DNA of 45,144 nt from assembly GCA_013140635.1 (NCBI GenBank), contig JABFSM010000046.1, forward strand, positions 1 to 45,144. The letters run 5' to 3'. A program made the position numbers and the translations under genes. Position 1 is the stretch's first letter; every line of letters starts with the position of its first letter. Under the pieces are notes generated by a model. It had not been told where the DNA came from and made no database searches. It worked only from the letters and a program-made list of their open reading frames with translations. This DNA comes from Gemmatimonadales bacterium. GTDB lineage: Bacteria; Gemmatimonadota; Gemmatimonadetes; Gemmatimonadales; GWC2-71-9. Below are positions 1-9,343 of the stretch, in pieces.

Positions 1-2
1 GT

Positions 3-1076
3 TTCAAGAAGGTGCTCGCCGAGAGTCCCGGGGTACGAATCGACAATGTGCTGACGGCTTCGGTGTCATTGTACCGGCGGGCGGATCCGTCGTATCTGTT
101 CTGGGACCGGCTCATGACGGATGTCCGCGCCCTACCCGGCGTTCGGGCCGCATCTGCGGTGAACATGGTGCCGCTCGGTGTCGCCGGTTCGGGGTATCTC
201 GAGGTCGAGGGTTGGGAGGGAATGGCCTCCGGCGGGTACCGGCTGGTTACGGACGACTATTTCGCGACGATGGACATCCGCGTACTGCGCGGGCGGGAGT
301 TCACGGCGCTCGACGATTCGACGCATCCCCATGTCAGCCTCGTGAACCAGACGATGGCGGACATGTACTGGAAGGGGAAGGATCCAATCGGACAGCGGTT
401 CCGGGCAAAGAGCTGGGACAGCCACCCTGATGTCTGGTTCACCGTCATCGGCGTGGTCAACGATATTCGGTATTGGTCTCTCGAAAGCGCTCCGCGGCCG
501 GAGCACTTTGTCTACTTCCGGCAGCGTCCCGACCGTCTGCAAATGATGACACTCATGGTCCACACGACGGGTGATCCGCTGGCGTTGGTGCCGGCCGTGC
601 GTCAGGCGATCAAAGCAATCGATCCCAACGTTGCCGCCGAGTTTTCGTCGATGTCGCGCCGCCGTGCCGAGACGCTGCAGCTGCGCCGTTTCATCATGAC
701 GCTGCTCGGCGCTTTCGCCGGGTTTGGCCTCTTTCTGGCGGCCATCGGGATCTACGGGGTGCTCTCCTACGTCACGAACTCCCGCACCAGGGAGATCGGT
801 GTTCGGGTTGCCCTCGGTGCTCCCCGGGCCGGCGTGATACGCCTGGTCTTCCAGCAAGCCGCGGTTCCCATTGTGCTCGGACTCGTCGGGGGAATAGGGG
901 CCGCATTCGGGCTGAGCCGCCTCATGGAATCGATGCTCTACGGGGTGGAACCGGTCGATCCGCTCACCTACCTGGTCGCCCCGCTGACGTTCGGGGTGAC
1001 TGCCTTCCTGGCGTGTCTGATTCCAGCCTGGCGCGCGCTGCGGGTCGATCCGCTGAGTGCCATTCGGTCGGACTAA
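3..1076 (+). CDS. ADOP-family (MacB/FtsX duplicated) ABC-type permease, 5'-truncated C-terminal half
   Basis: Frame is open to the window edge. Periplasmic MacB-like segment (VLRGREFT, VIGVVNDIR) is followed by an FtsX module (GIYGVLSY..RTREIGVRVALGA) and the typical C-terminus RALRVDPLSAIRSD. Confidence 0.9.
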   Translation, partial: FKKVLAESPGVRIDNVLTASVSLYRRADPSYLFWDRLMTDVRALPGVRAASAVNMVPLGVAGSGYLEVEGWEGMASGGYRLVTDDYFATMDIRVLRGREFTALDDSTHPHVSLVNQTMADMYWKGKDPIGQRFRAKSWDSHPDVWFTVIGVVNDIRYWSLESAPRPEHFVYFRQRPDRLQMMTLMVHTTGDPLALVPAVRQAIKAIDPNVAAEFSSMSRRRAETLQLRRFIMTLLGAFAGFGLFLAAIGIYGVLSYVTNSRTREIGVRVALGAPRAGVIRLVFQQAAVPIVLGLVGGIGAAFGLSRLMESMLYGVEPVDPLTYLVAPLTFGVTAFLACLIPAWRALRVDPLSAIRSD

Positions 1077-1186
1077 TCGAGCTGCGCTGACACCCGCCTC
1101 CCCCATCCCTCGTATGGGTAGTACGCGGGCCGGCACCGGCCCGGCACCTGTCAAATAGCGAATCTCTTTCCTCCCTAGAGGTCGAT

Positions 1187-2368
1187 ATGGCTGTCGCGCG
1201 TCCGAGAATGGCGCTCTTTCTCTGTTTGGCCTTGGTCATAGCTCCGGCTGCTACGGCGCAGTCGGGCGGTTTCGTGGCAACACTCGGTGCCGATACCGTC
1301 CAAATCGAGACCTTTCGCCGGAGCGGGAACAAGGTCGAAGGCACCGTCATCACCCGGTCGCCGGTTACTCGGGTGATGCGGTATACCATGACCTTCGGCC
1401 CCGATGAGCGGCCGATCCGCTATGAAATGGAAACCAAGGCCCCCGACGGGACGCCGTTTCGCACCAACGGGATGGCCGGTTCGATGACGTTCATGGCGGA
1501 CAGCCTGGTACGCGAGTCGCTCCAGGACGGTGCGATGGCCACGACGCGGATGGCCACCCCCATCGGCGCCTATCCGTCGCCTGGGCTTCCATATCTCGGT
1601 GTTTCCTATTTGATGTACCAGTACGCCCTCGCCGATGCCCGCCGGCGCACCGCCCCCGATTCCCAGGCCTACGTTTCCCTCCTGACCATGGGGAACTTCC
1701 AGAAGGCGCCGCAGCGGCCGCGGGCCTGGTTCGTCGGCACCGACTCCGCCGAAATTGATTACTTCGGCCAAGCCAGGCACGGATACAAGTTCGACGCCGC
1801 CGGCCAACTGATCCGTGCCGACTGGACCGGGACCACCTACCGGTACAAGATCGTGCGCGTACCGGCGTTCAATGCCGAGACGTTCGCGATGGCCTGGGAC
1901 AAGCTGGACAAGAGCGGGAAGGGGCTGGGCGCGATATCGCCGAGAGATACCGTCCGCGCAACGATCGGCGCCGCGCAGCTATCGATCGAGTATAGCCGCC
2001 CATCGAAACGGGGCCGGAAGGTCTGGGGTGAGGTGGTTCCGTGGGAAAGAGTGTGGCGCCTCGGTGCCGACTTCGCCACCCACTTTACGACCAGCGCCGA
2101 TCTCACCATAGGCGGCGTCGACATTCCGGCCGGCACCTATACGCTGTGGATGTTCCCCTCGGCCGCCGGGGAATCGCAGCTGGTCGTGAACAAGCGGACC
2201 CAGATCTTCGGTACCATGTACAGCCGCGCCACCGACCTGGTCCGCATTCCCTTAGTGCGGGGAGCGGAGGCGACGCCGGTCGAACGGTTCACCCTCGATC
2301 TTGCCGGCGGTATGCTCTCGATTCGCTGGGACGACGCCGTCTACCAGGTGCCGGTCAAAGTGAAATAG
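1187..2368 (+). CDS. Exported DUF2911-domain protein
   Basis: Signal peptide (LALVIAPAATAQ). C-terminal SPRDTV..IEYSRPSKRGRKVWG..VPW..VWRLGA..IPAGTYTLW matches the DUF2911 pattern. Confidence 0.8.
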   Translation: MAVARPRMALFLCLALVIAPAATAQSGGFVATLGADTVQIETFRRSGNKVEGTVITRSPVTRVMRYTMTFGPDERPIRYEMETKAPDGTPFRTNGMAGSMTFMADSLVRESLQDGAMATTRMATPIGAYPSPGLPYLGVSYLMYQYALADARRRTAPDSQAYVSLLTMGNFQKAPQRPRAWFVGTDSAEIDYFGQARHGYKFDAAGQLIRADWTGTTYRYKIVRVPAFNAETFAMAWDKLDKSGKGLGAISPRDTVRATIGAAQLSIEYSRPSKRGRKVWGEVVPWERVWRLGADFATHFTTSADLTIGGVDIPAGTYTLWMFPSAAGESQLVVNKRTQIFGTMYSRATDLVRIPLVRGAEATPVERFTLDLAGGMLSIRWDDAVYQVPVKVK

Positions 2369-2388
2369 CGGGACCTTCCCCCTTCTCC

Positions 2389-2436
2389 CCTTGACGGTTT
2401 AGGTGAAGCGCGGTAGCTTGGCCTAAACCGTTTAGG
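2389..2436 (+). promoter_or_regulatory. Sigma70-like promoter overlapped by two palindromic operator-like sites (candidate PadR autorepression)
   Basis: TTGACG (2391-2396), 17 nt, TAGCTT (2414-2419). Perfect palindrome CCTAAAC-C-GTTTAGG at 2422-2436 and imperfect copy CCTTGAC-G-GTTTAGG at 2389-2403. Confidence 0.7.
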
Positions 2437-2444
2437 TGAGTGCC

Positions 2445-2783
2445 ATGCCGACATCGCCGGTCGAGCTCCTCCAGGGCACCCTCGAGTTTCTCATTCTCAA
2501 GACCCTTTCCTGGGGTCCCATGCACGGATTCGCCGTCGGCCGGTGGATTCGGAAGACCACCGACGACGCCCTCGAGATCGAGGAGGGCGCGCTCTATCCC
2601 GCGCTGCACCGGATGGAACGGCGGGGCTGGATCGCGTCGGACTGGGGCGTCACCGAAAACAATCGACGGGCCAAGTACTACGAGATCACCCGGCTGGGGC
2701 GGGACCAGTTGCGGCGCGAGGAATCGAGCTGGACTCGGTACGTGGCCGCGGTGTCCAAGATCATGGCGGCGGCCAAGGTCTAA
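2445..2783 (+). CDS. PadR-family transcriptional regulator (Acidobacterial type, ADOP-associated)
   Basis: LLQGTLEFLILKTL..HGFAVGRWI..EEGALYPALHRME..NNRRAKYYEIT. ATG 2445 preferred over GTG 2436. Stop overlaps the permease start (TAATG). Confidence 0.92.
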   Translation: MPTSPVELLQGTLEFLILKTLSWGPMHGFAVGRWIRKTTDDALEIEEGALYPALHRMERRGWIASDWGVTENNRRAKYYEITRLGRDQLRREESSWTRYVAAVSKIMAAAKV

Positions 2784-5452
2784 TGGCGTCGCCGCCTCGG
2801 GGCCTCCAGCGGCTCTTTCGCCTTGCAACCGGACGGGCGGCTCCTCTCGAAGAGGTCGACGACGAGATCGCGCTCCATTTGGAGCTCCGCACCGAGGAGT
2901 TGATCTCCGACGGGCTCGACCCGGTGGCCGCGCGGCGGCGGGCGGCGGCACTCTTCGGCGACCGCCGGGCCATTGCCGAAGAACTTCGAACCATCGACCG
3001 GGCCGCCGATCGGGGCCGCCGAAGGAGTGAATCGATGCGGCGTCTCGCTCAGGATCTTCGGGTTGCCTGTCGTGGCCTCCTCCGGCAGCCCTCCTTCGCC
3101 TTGGGCGGCATCTCGATCGTGGCGCTTGGCATCGGCGCCGCCACGGCGATGTTTACCGTGCTCAACGCCGCCTTCCTCAAGCCCTTTGCGTATCCCGAGT
3201 CCGACCGCCTCGTCTCCCTCTGGGAGATATCGAGGACCGGCACCCGGATGCCGGTGGCCGGGCCCAACGCCATCGACTGGGCCACCGAAGCCCGCCTCTT
3301 CTCGCACCTTGCCTACTACGGGAGCAACCAGTCGGTGCTCGGCAGCGGGGGTGAGTCGGCCTACATCCCCGCGTCGGTCGTCTCCCGTCCCTTCGCGGCC
3401 ATGCTCGGCGTGGCCCCGATCGTGGGCCGGTGGTTCACCGAGGACGAGACGAGGGTTGGGGCGCCGCCGGTGGCCGTGATCGGCGAAGGCCTTTGGACCC
3501 GGCGCTTTGGCGCCGATCGCGATCTCGTCGGCAAGACCATTCGCCTCGACGGCATACCGGTCACCGTGGTCGGCGTCATGCCCAAGACGCTCACCTATCC
3601 GACCTGGGCGGAGATTTGGCGGCCGGCGGAGCCGCATAACACCGGCGACAGCCGCACCGGGCATAACTGGCGCGTCGTGGCCCGGCTTGCCCGGGGGGTG
3701 ACGCCGCAGGCGGCGCAGCGAGAGCTTAGCGTCGTGACCCGGCGTCTCGTGGCGAACGAGCGGGGCGGCGCCGATTTCATCGCGGCGGGGGCATTGGTCG
3801 TTCCCTTTCGGGAGCAGCTGATCGGCGACGGTAAGAAGGTGCTCCTGCTCCTGCAGGGTGCGGTCCTACTGGTCCTGCTCATCGCGGCGGCCAACCTCAC
3901 GAACCTCACGCTGGCGCGCGCGGTGCGCCGGCAAAACGAAGTTGGGGTGTGCCTAGCGCTCGGTGCCCGGCGCATCGACGTCATCCGGCGTTTCGCGAGC
4001 GAGAATCTGGTCCTCACCCTGATCGGCGGCGGGGCGGGGCTCATCCTTGCCGGCGCCCTTCGCGGGGTGTTGGCGACCTGGGTCGGCAAGATGCTCCCGT
4101 TCGTCGGCGAACTTCCGCTCGACCGTCGGGTCGCCGGATTCGCGCTCGGACTGGCCCTTCTCGTCGGTCTGGGTTCGTCGATCGTGCCGGCGTGGCGCGC
4201 CAGCCGGAGCATCGCCGGATTCACCCCCTCGCGCGGCACCACGGCCAGCCGGTCGAGCCGGCGGCTCATCGATGGCCTGATGAGCGTTGAGATCGCGTTG
4301 GCGGTGATGCTCGTGGCCGCCGCCGGGTTGGTGGGCCGGAGCCTCTTCCGGCTCGGGGGCGTCGATCCGGGGTTTGCCGTCGAGAACCGTATGACGGTGT
4401 CGGTGCCGCTCCGGCCGTTAGAAGGCTCGAACACGCCGACGTGGGAATCGGTGACCCTCGCATACGATCGGTTCCAGGAGGAGCTTGCCGCCCGGCCCGG
4501 CACCATTTCGGTTGCCGCGACGAACGCGCTTCCGCTCTCGACTTGGAGCCCCAACGGGAGCGCCCAGGTGGAAGGGACACCATCGGCGTCGGGCGGTCCT
4601 CCGGCGGCGGCCGAGTTCCATATTATCGGCCCCGGCTTCTTCCGCACCGTCGAGGTTCCGGTCCGCCGGGGGCGCGAATTCGGCGAGGCGGACAGGGCCG
4701 GCGCGCCTTACGTCGCGGTCGTCAACGAGGCCTTCGTTCGGAAGTATCTCGGCGATGCCGATCCCCTCACCCAGCGGGTCAGGTTTCCCGGCATGGACTC
4801 AAGCGAGGATCCATGGGCCGCGGTCGTCGGTGTCGTCGGGGATACCCGGCAGGACGGCCTCGCGGCCGAACCTTCGCCCGCCATCTACTACAGCTACCGG
4901 CAACGGCACACTTGGCGGCCGATGACCTTCGTGGTGCATTCGAGTCAGCCGGCCGCTGCGGTGCTCGACGATCTCAAGGCGGCGGTGGCACGGCTCGACC
5001 CCGGTATTCCCTTTACCGGAAAGCCCTGGTCGGTGATCGTCGCCGACAGCCTTGCGCTGCCGCGCATTCGCTCCGTGCTGCTCGCGCTCTTTGCCGCCAT
5101 CGCCCTGGTGCTTTCGGCGGCGGGCATCGCCGCCGTCGTGGCGTTCGCGGTGGCCCAGCGCACTCGGGAAATCGGTCTCCGCATCGCGGTTGGCGCACCG
5201 CCCGGGTCCATCACACGCGACGGCGTGCTCCGAACGGCCCGGCCCGTCCTCCTCGGGCTCACGGCCGGGGTGCTGGGCGCGTTGGTGCTCGGGAAGGTGG
5301 TGCGCACGCTGCTCCACGGCATTGAACCTAACGATCCGCTCACGCTGGCGACGGCGGTCCTGGTGACGATCGTGGTGGCGGCGGCGGCCGCCTATGTCCC
5401 GGCGCGGCGCGCGCTCCGGGTGGACCCGCTCACCGCACTCCGTCAGGAGTAG
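2783..5452 (+). CDS. ADOP-family duplicated permease
   Basis: N-terminal prefix (EEVDDEIALHLELRTEELI..FGD), QDLR..RGL, two FtsX modules, C-terminal RALRVDPLTALRQE. True start is ATG 2783, coupled to padR. Confidence 0.9.
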   Translation: MASPPRGLQRLFRLATGRAAPLEEVDDEIALHLELRTEELISDGLDPVAARRRAAALFGDRRAIAEELRTIDRAADRGRRRSESMRRLAQDLRVACRGLLRQPSFALGGISIVALGIGAATAMFTVLNAAFLKPFAYPESDRLVSLWEISRTGTRMPVAGPNAIDWATEARLFSHLAYYGSNQSVLGSGGESAYIPASVVSRPFAAMLGVAPIVGRWFTEDETRVGAPPVAVIGEGLWTRRFGADRDLVGKTIRLDGIPVTVVGVMPKTLTYPTWAEIWRPAEPHNTGDSRTGHNWRVVARLARGVTPQAAQRELSVVTRRLVANERGGADFIAAGALVVPFREQLIGDGKKVLLLLQGAVLLVLLIAAANLTNLTLARAVRRQNEVGVCLALGARRIDVIRRFASENLVLTLIGGGAGLILAGALRGVLATWVGKMLPFVGELPLDRRVAGFALGLALLVGLGSSIVPAWRASRSIAGFTPSRGTTASRSSRRLIDGLMSVEIALAVMLVAAAGLVGRSLFRLGGVDPGFAVENRMTVSVPLRPLEGSNTPTWESVTLAYDRFQEELAARPGTISVAATNALPLSTWSPNGSAQVEGTPSASGGPPAAAEFHIIGPGFFRTVEVPVRRGREFGEADRAGAPYVAVVNEAFVRKYLGDADPLTQRVRFPGMDSSEDPWAAVVGVVGDTRQDGLAAEPSPAIYYSYRQRHTWRPMTFVVHSSQPAAAVLDDLKAAVARLDPGIPFTGKPWSVIVADSLALPRIRSVLLALFAAIALVLSAAGIAAVVAFAVAQRTREIGLRIAVGAPPGSITRDGVLRTARPVLLGLTAGVLGALVLGKVVRTLLHGIEPNDPLTLATAVLVTIVVAAAAAYVPARRALRVDPLTALRQE

Positions 5453-5453
5453 C

Positions 5454-8105
5454 GTGGCGGTCTCTCGCATGCGGAGGCTCTTTCGGCTCGCGACGGGGCG
5501 GCTGACCGCGCGGGAGGAGCTGGCCGATGAGTTGGCGCTGCATATCGAGTTGAGAACCGAAGAGCTGATAGCCGAGGGTCTCGACCCGGTCACAGCCAAA
5601 CGCCGCGCCGTCGCCCTGTTCGGCGACCGCCGGGGAATCGAGGAGGAGTGCATGCGAGTGTCAACGGAACGGTGGCGATCGGGGCGCCGGAGCGAATGGC
5701 TCGCCGGCGTCGGTCAGGATCTCGGGTACCTCCGGCGGAGCTTCGCCCGGAGCCCCCGCTTCTTCCTGACGCTGATTACCACCCTCGCCCTCGGCATCGC
5801 GCTCAACGCGGTGATCCTCTCAGTCGTCGATGCGCTGCTCATCCGGCCGCTGCCGTTCGCCGCTCCCGAGGAGCTGGTCGAGCTCGGCACCATGGAGGAG
5901 GGCGGCTACTCCCGGCCCGATATTCCAGCCGAGGCCGTCCCGGTCTGGGCGGGGCAGCCTGCGATCTTCCGGCAGATCGAGTTCTACGACCGGCGGAACG
6001 TCGAGTATACCGGCGGCGACGAGCCCGAAACGGTCCACCCGACCTGGGTCTCGCCGGGAATGTTCGCCATGTTGGGCGCCCGCGCCGCTCTCGGACGCAC
6101 CTTGGTCGAGAGCGACATCTCACCCGGTGCTCCGCGGGTGGTCGTGATCAGCGACAACTTCTGGCGGGAGAAATTCGGCGCCGCCTCGGATGCGCTCGGC
6201 CGCACGATCACCCTGGATGGCGAACGCTATACGGTGGTCGGGGTGATGCCACGAGGGTTCACTTTTCACGTCAGCGTTCCGAGCCTCTGGGTACCCCTCG
6301 ACAAGGCCGCGCAACCCTCGCTCAAGTGGGTGTCGGTGGTCGGGCGGCTTCGGCCGCTGCTGCCCGTGGCGGAGGCGCAAGCGCACGCACTGGCACTCGC
6401 GCCCGGGCTTCAGGCCGAGCGTCCCCTCACGGCGGGCTGGAAAATCCAGGTGTCGGCGCTGGGCGGCACGCGGGCCAACCCCGATACCCGCGCGGCGCTC
6501 TGGATGCTCGTCGCCGGGGTCGGGTGTGTGCTGCTCATCGGATGCACCAACGCTGCCAATCTGCTGCTCGTGCGCGGTACGGTCCGACAGCATGAGCTCG
6601 CGATTCGGCAGGCCCTCGGTGCCGGCCGGATGCGGCTCTTCCGGCAGGCGCTGACGGAAAGCGTGTGCATTGCGGCGGTCAGCGGAGCCTTGGGGGCTGC
6701 GTTGGCGAGCCTTCTGCTCGACGCGCTGGTGCCGCTCATTCCGCTCAACGTGACGTTCATGGCCTTCCACGCGATTCGACTCGACGGGCGCATTCTCCTC
6801 GCGATGATAGGGCTGACGTTGGCGGCCGGGATCGGCTTCGGCCTCCTGCCGGCGCTACAGGCGTCGCGGCGGGAACTACATATCGGCGGGAACATCGGCG
6901 CCAACCGAGCCACCTCCTCTCGCGGCGCGGGTGCCATCCGGTCCGCGCTGCTCGTGGCGCAGCTGGCCTTCGCGGTGCTCCTGCTCGGCGGGGGCGGGCT
7001 GCTGCTGCACAGCTTCGTGAAGCTCTCCCGGGTCGAGCCGGGACTCGATGTCGATCGCCTGGCGATTATGGCCCTCCAGCTTTCGGACCGCCGATACACC
7101 GATTCGACGGCCAGCCACTTCGACGAGCGCCTCCTCGAGCGGCTCCGCCATGTGCCGGGCGTGAGCGGGGCCGCGCTCGCGCACGGACTGCCGCCCTCGT
7201 CGAGCTTTTCGTTCGGCGTCAAGCCGCAGGCGGAGGGCAGGGACGCGATCCCCTGGGGCGACTTCGACCTGCTGCCGAGCGCCCAGGTGGACAGCGCGTA
7301 TTTCCGCGTGGCGGGGACCCGGCTGCTGGCCGGCCGCGGGTTCCACGCGGCCGACCAGGGTTCGGCCGAGCGCCCGGTGGTCATCGATCAGCCTTTCGCG
7401 GTGCGCCTCTTCGGCGCCGAAGCACCGCTAGGGCGCCGGTTTCGCACCGACGCGGACGGTTCCTGGCTGACCGTGGTCGGCATTGCCGAACCCGCCAAGC
7501 TGGGCGGGCCCGACGGCAGCCGGGGGGAATATGCCATCTACTATCCGGCCAGCCGCATCGAGTTCGGGTACCGGCAGTTCCTGGTGCGCACCGAACGCGA
7601 TCCGGAAGCCATCCTCGCCGAGATGCGGCGGGCGGTGCGGGAGATCGATCCGAATCAGCCGATCGTCCGGCTCGAGACGATGGCCCGTTCGTTTGCCGGG
7701 GCAGTGGCGACGCCCCGCTTCATGCTGCTCCTCGTGCTCGTCTTCGCGGCGGCGGCGCTCGTCCTCGCCGCCATCGGCGTCTATGGCGTCGTCTCCTATT
7801 CGGTGGAGCGGCGCCGGCGGGAATTCGCGATCCGGATCGCGGTGGGGGCGCCGAGCCGTCAGGTGCGGGCCCTCGTGCTGCGGCAGACCCTTCTGCTCGG
7901 ATTTCTGGGGGCGGGGCTCGGGGTCGCCGGCGTTGTCATGGGCGGCAAGCTGCTCGAAAGCGTGCTCTTCGGCGTGGTCCCGGCCGATCCGATCGGGGTC
8001 GGCGGCGGGGCGCTGCTGCTGATCGTGGTCGCGCTCCTCGCGACCCATGCCCCGGCGGCACGGGCCACACGAGTCGATCCGATGGAGGCGATCCGGGTGG
8101 AGTGA
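5454..8105 (+). CDS. ADOP-family duplicated permease
   Basis: Same architecture, ending RATRVDPMEAIRVE. Start is GTG 5454 or ATG 5469, directly after the upstream stop. Confidence 0.88.
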   Translation: MAVSRMRRLFRLATGRLTAREELADELALHIELRTEELIAEGLDPVTAKRRAVALFGDRRGIEEECMRVSTERWRSGRRSEWLAGVGQDLGYLRRSFARSPRFFLTLITTLALGIALNAVILSVVDALLIRPLPFAAPEELVELGTMEEGGYSRPDIPAEAVPVWAGQPAIFRQIEFYDRRNVEYTGGDEPETVHPTWVSPGMFAMLGARAALGRTLVESDISPGAPRVVVISDNFWREKFGAASDALGRTITLDGERYTVVGVMPRGFTFHVSVPSLWVPLDKAAQPSLKWVSVVGRLRPLLPVAEAQAHALALAPGLQAERPLTAGWKIQVSALGGTRANPDTRAALWMLVAGVGCVLLIGCTNAANLLLVRGTVRQHELAIRQALGAGRMRLFRQALTESVCIAAVSGALGAALASLLLDALVPLIPLNVTFMAFHAIRLDGRILLAMIGLTLAAGIGFGLLPALQASRRELHIGGNIGANRATSSRGAGAIRSALLVAQLAFAVLLLGGGGLLLHSFVKLSRVEPGLDVDRLAIMALQLSDRRYTDSTASHFDERLLERLRHVPGVSGAALAHGLPPSSSFSFGVKPQAEGRDAIPWGDFDLLPSAQVDSAYFRVAGTRLLAGRGFHAADQGSAERPVVIDQPFAVRLFGAEAPLGRRFRTDADGSWLTVVGIAEPAKLGGPDGSRGEYAIYYPASRIEFGYRQFLVRTERDPEAILAEMRRAVREIDPNQPIVRLETMARSFAGAVATPRFMLLLVLVFAAAALVLAAIGVYGVVSYSVERRRREFAIRIAVGAPSRQVRALVLRQTLLLGFLGAGLGVAGVVMGGKLLESVLFGVVPADPIGVGGGALLLIVVALLATHAPAARATRVDPMEAIRVE

Positions 8106-8108
8106 AGC

Positions 8109-8432
8109 CTAACTTCCCTCCTTGAGCGTCCAGCGCGAGGTGTCGCGCCGGTCCACCTTCGCCATCATGTCGTCGAACGCCGCTTGCAGGTCGATCTGCT
8201 CGCGGTTGGCGATGCAGATCAGCACGAAGAGGATATCGGCGATCTCCATCGCCATATCCCCCGGCGGCTCCTCCGCCTTCTTCGTCTTCTGCCCGAAGCG
8301 GTGGTTGATCTCCCGGGCGAGCTCGCCCACCTCTTCGGTGAGCCGCGCCAGGTTGGTGAGCGGGTGGAAGTACCCCTCTTCGAATTGTGAGATCCAGGCG
8401 TGCACCCGTTGCTGCGATTCGGTGAGTGACAT
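8109..8432 (-). CDS. MazG-like nucleotide pyrophosphohydrolase (YpjD type)
   Basis: GYFHPLTNLARLTEEVGELAREINH..EIADILFVLIC.AN is the MazG/YpjD signature. Confidence 0.88.
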   Translation of the reverse strand: MSLTESQQRVHAWISQFEEGYFHPLTNLARLTEEVGELAREINHRFGQKTKKAEEPPGDMAMEIADILFVLICIANREQIDLQAAFDDMMAKVDRRDTSRWTLKEGS

Positions 8433-8435
8433 CGG

Positions 8436-8954
8436 CTAGTTCCCCTTGAGCGCGCGGATGATGGCTTTGCTGAAGTGGGGGAGATCGGCGGGGGTGCGGC
8501 TCGTGATGAGGTTGTGGTCCACCACCACCGGTGAATCCTCCCAGATCATCCCCGCATTGACCAGGTCGTCCTTGATTGCCCCCACGCTGGTGCCACGGCG
8601 GCCTCGGACGATCCCTGCGGAGATCGGGACCCATCCGGCGTGGCAGATGAAGGCAATGGGCTTGCCCGCGTCATGAATGGCCCGGGTCAGATCGAGCACG
8701 CGGGTCGAGCGGCGGAGAATGTCCGGTGCGTAGCCGCCGGGAATCACCAATCCGTCGAAGTTCGCTGCCTCGACCTGGTCGACGGTGGCGTCCGGGGTAA
8801 TCGGGTAGCCGCGTTTGCCCTGATAGCTCTTCTCGCCGAGGCCGGCTACGACGGTCGTCGCGCCCTCTTCTTCGAGCCGAATTTTCGGGTACCAGAGCTC
8901 GAGATCCTCGTAGAGCGGGGCAGCGAAGAACAGGACCCGTTTGCCGGTAAGCAT
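8436..8954 (-). CDS. PfpI/DJ-1 family type 1 glutamine amidotransferase-like protein
   Basis: YEDLE, IPGGYAPD, nucleophile elbow AFICHAGW, LITSRTPADL. Confidence 0.9.
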   Translation of the reverse strand: MLTGKRVLFFAAPLYEDLELWYPKIRLEEEGATTVVAGLGEKSYQGKRGYPITPDATVDQVEAANFDGLVIPGGYAPDILRRSTRVLDLTRAIHDAGKPIAFICHAGWVPISAGIVRGRRGTSVGAIKDDLVNAGMIWEDSPVVVDHNLITSRTPADLPHFSKAIIRALKGN

Positions 8955-8961
8955 GGTGGCT

Positions 8962-9077
8962 TAGGGAAGTGGGAGGGGGGAGGAGGGAAGAAGGTAAAGT
9001 GCCTTCCGAAAGATACATTCTTATTATTCCCGTGGTTCCAGAACCCCTCTTCCCTCCTCCCTCTTTCCTCCTCCCTA
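8962..9077. repeat. Inverted purine/pyrimidine heptamer-repeat arms around a divergent intergenic core
   Basis: 8962-8991 versus the reverse complement of 9048-9077 match at 25/30 positions by hand alignment. Arms are built from GAGGGA(A/G)-type units. Confidence 0.7.
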
Positions 9078-9088
9078 GAAGAACAACC

Positions 9089-9337
9089 ATGCGCTCCCGC
9101 GACCGCATCCTCGCCAATCTCGAAGGGATCTACCGAGAGTCGTTCGACCGGGCCAAGACCGGCTCCGACGAGCGCCGGATGGCCGATCTCGACAATGCCT
9201 ACATGCGGGACCAGTTGATGCTCGAAATTCTGCTCGATATCCGGGATCTCTTCGCGGTGGCGCCGGCCGCACCGTCCAAAGGGACCAGCGCCATCGAAAA
9301 GCTCGAGGCACTCCGCCGGCTTGCCCGGGGAGGGTGA
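9089..9337 (+). CDS. Small helical hypothetical protein (82 aa)
   Basis: MRSRDRILANLEGIYRESFDRAK..QLMLEILLDIRDLF has natural composition and fills the gap. The upstream extension in the ORF track is translated repeat. Confidence 0.65.
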   Translation: MRSRDRILANLEGIYRESFDRAKTGSDERRMADLDNAYMRDQLMLEILLDIRDLFAVAPAAPSKGTSAIEKLEALRRLARGG

Positions 9338-9343
9338 TCCACT

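Noticed and set aside
1102-1118. CCCAT-N7-ATGGG palindrome before the DUF2911 gene as a further PadR operator
   Set aside because: Only 5-bp arms, single copy, and poor match to the other operators.
2543-2782. N-terminal extensions in the ORF track for several genes (2543, 12160, 14254, 15387, 31506)
   Set aside because: They overlap upstream genes in other frames. Coupled starts and paralog alignment define shorter CDSs.
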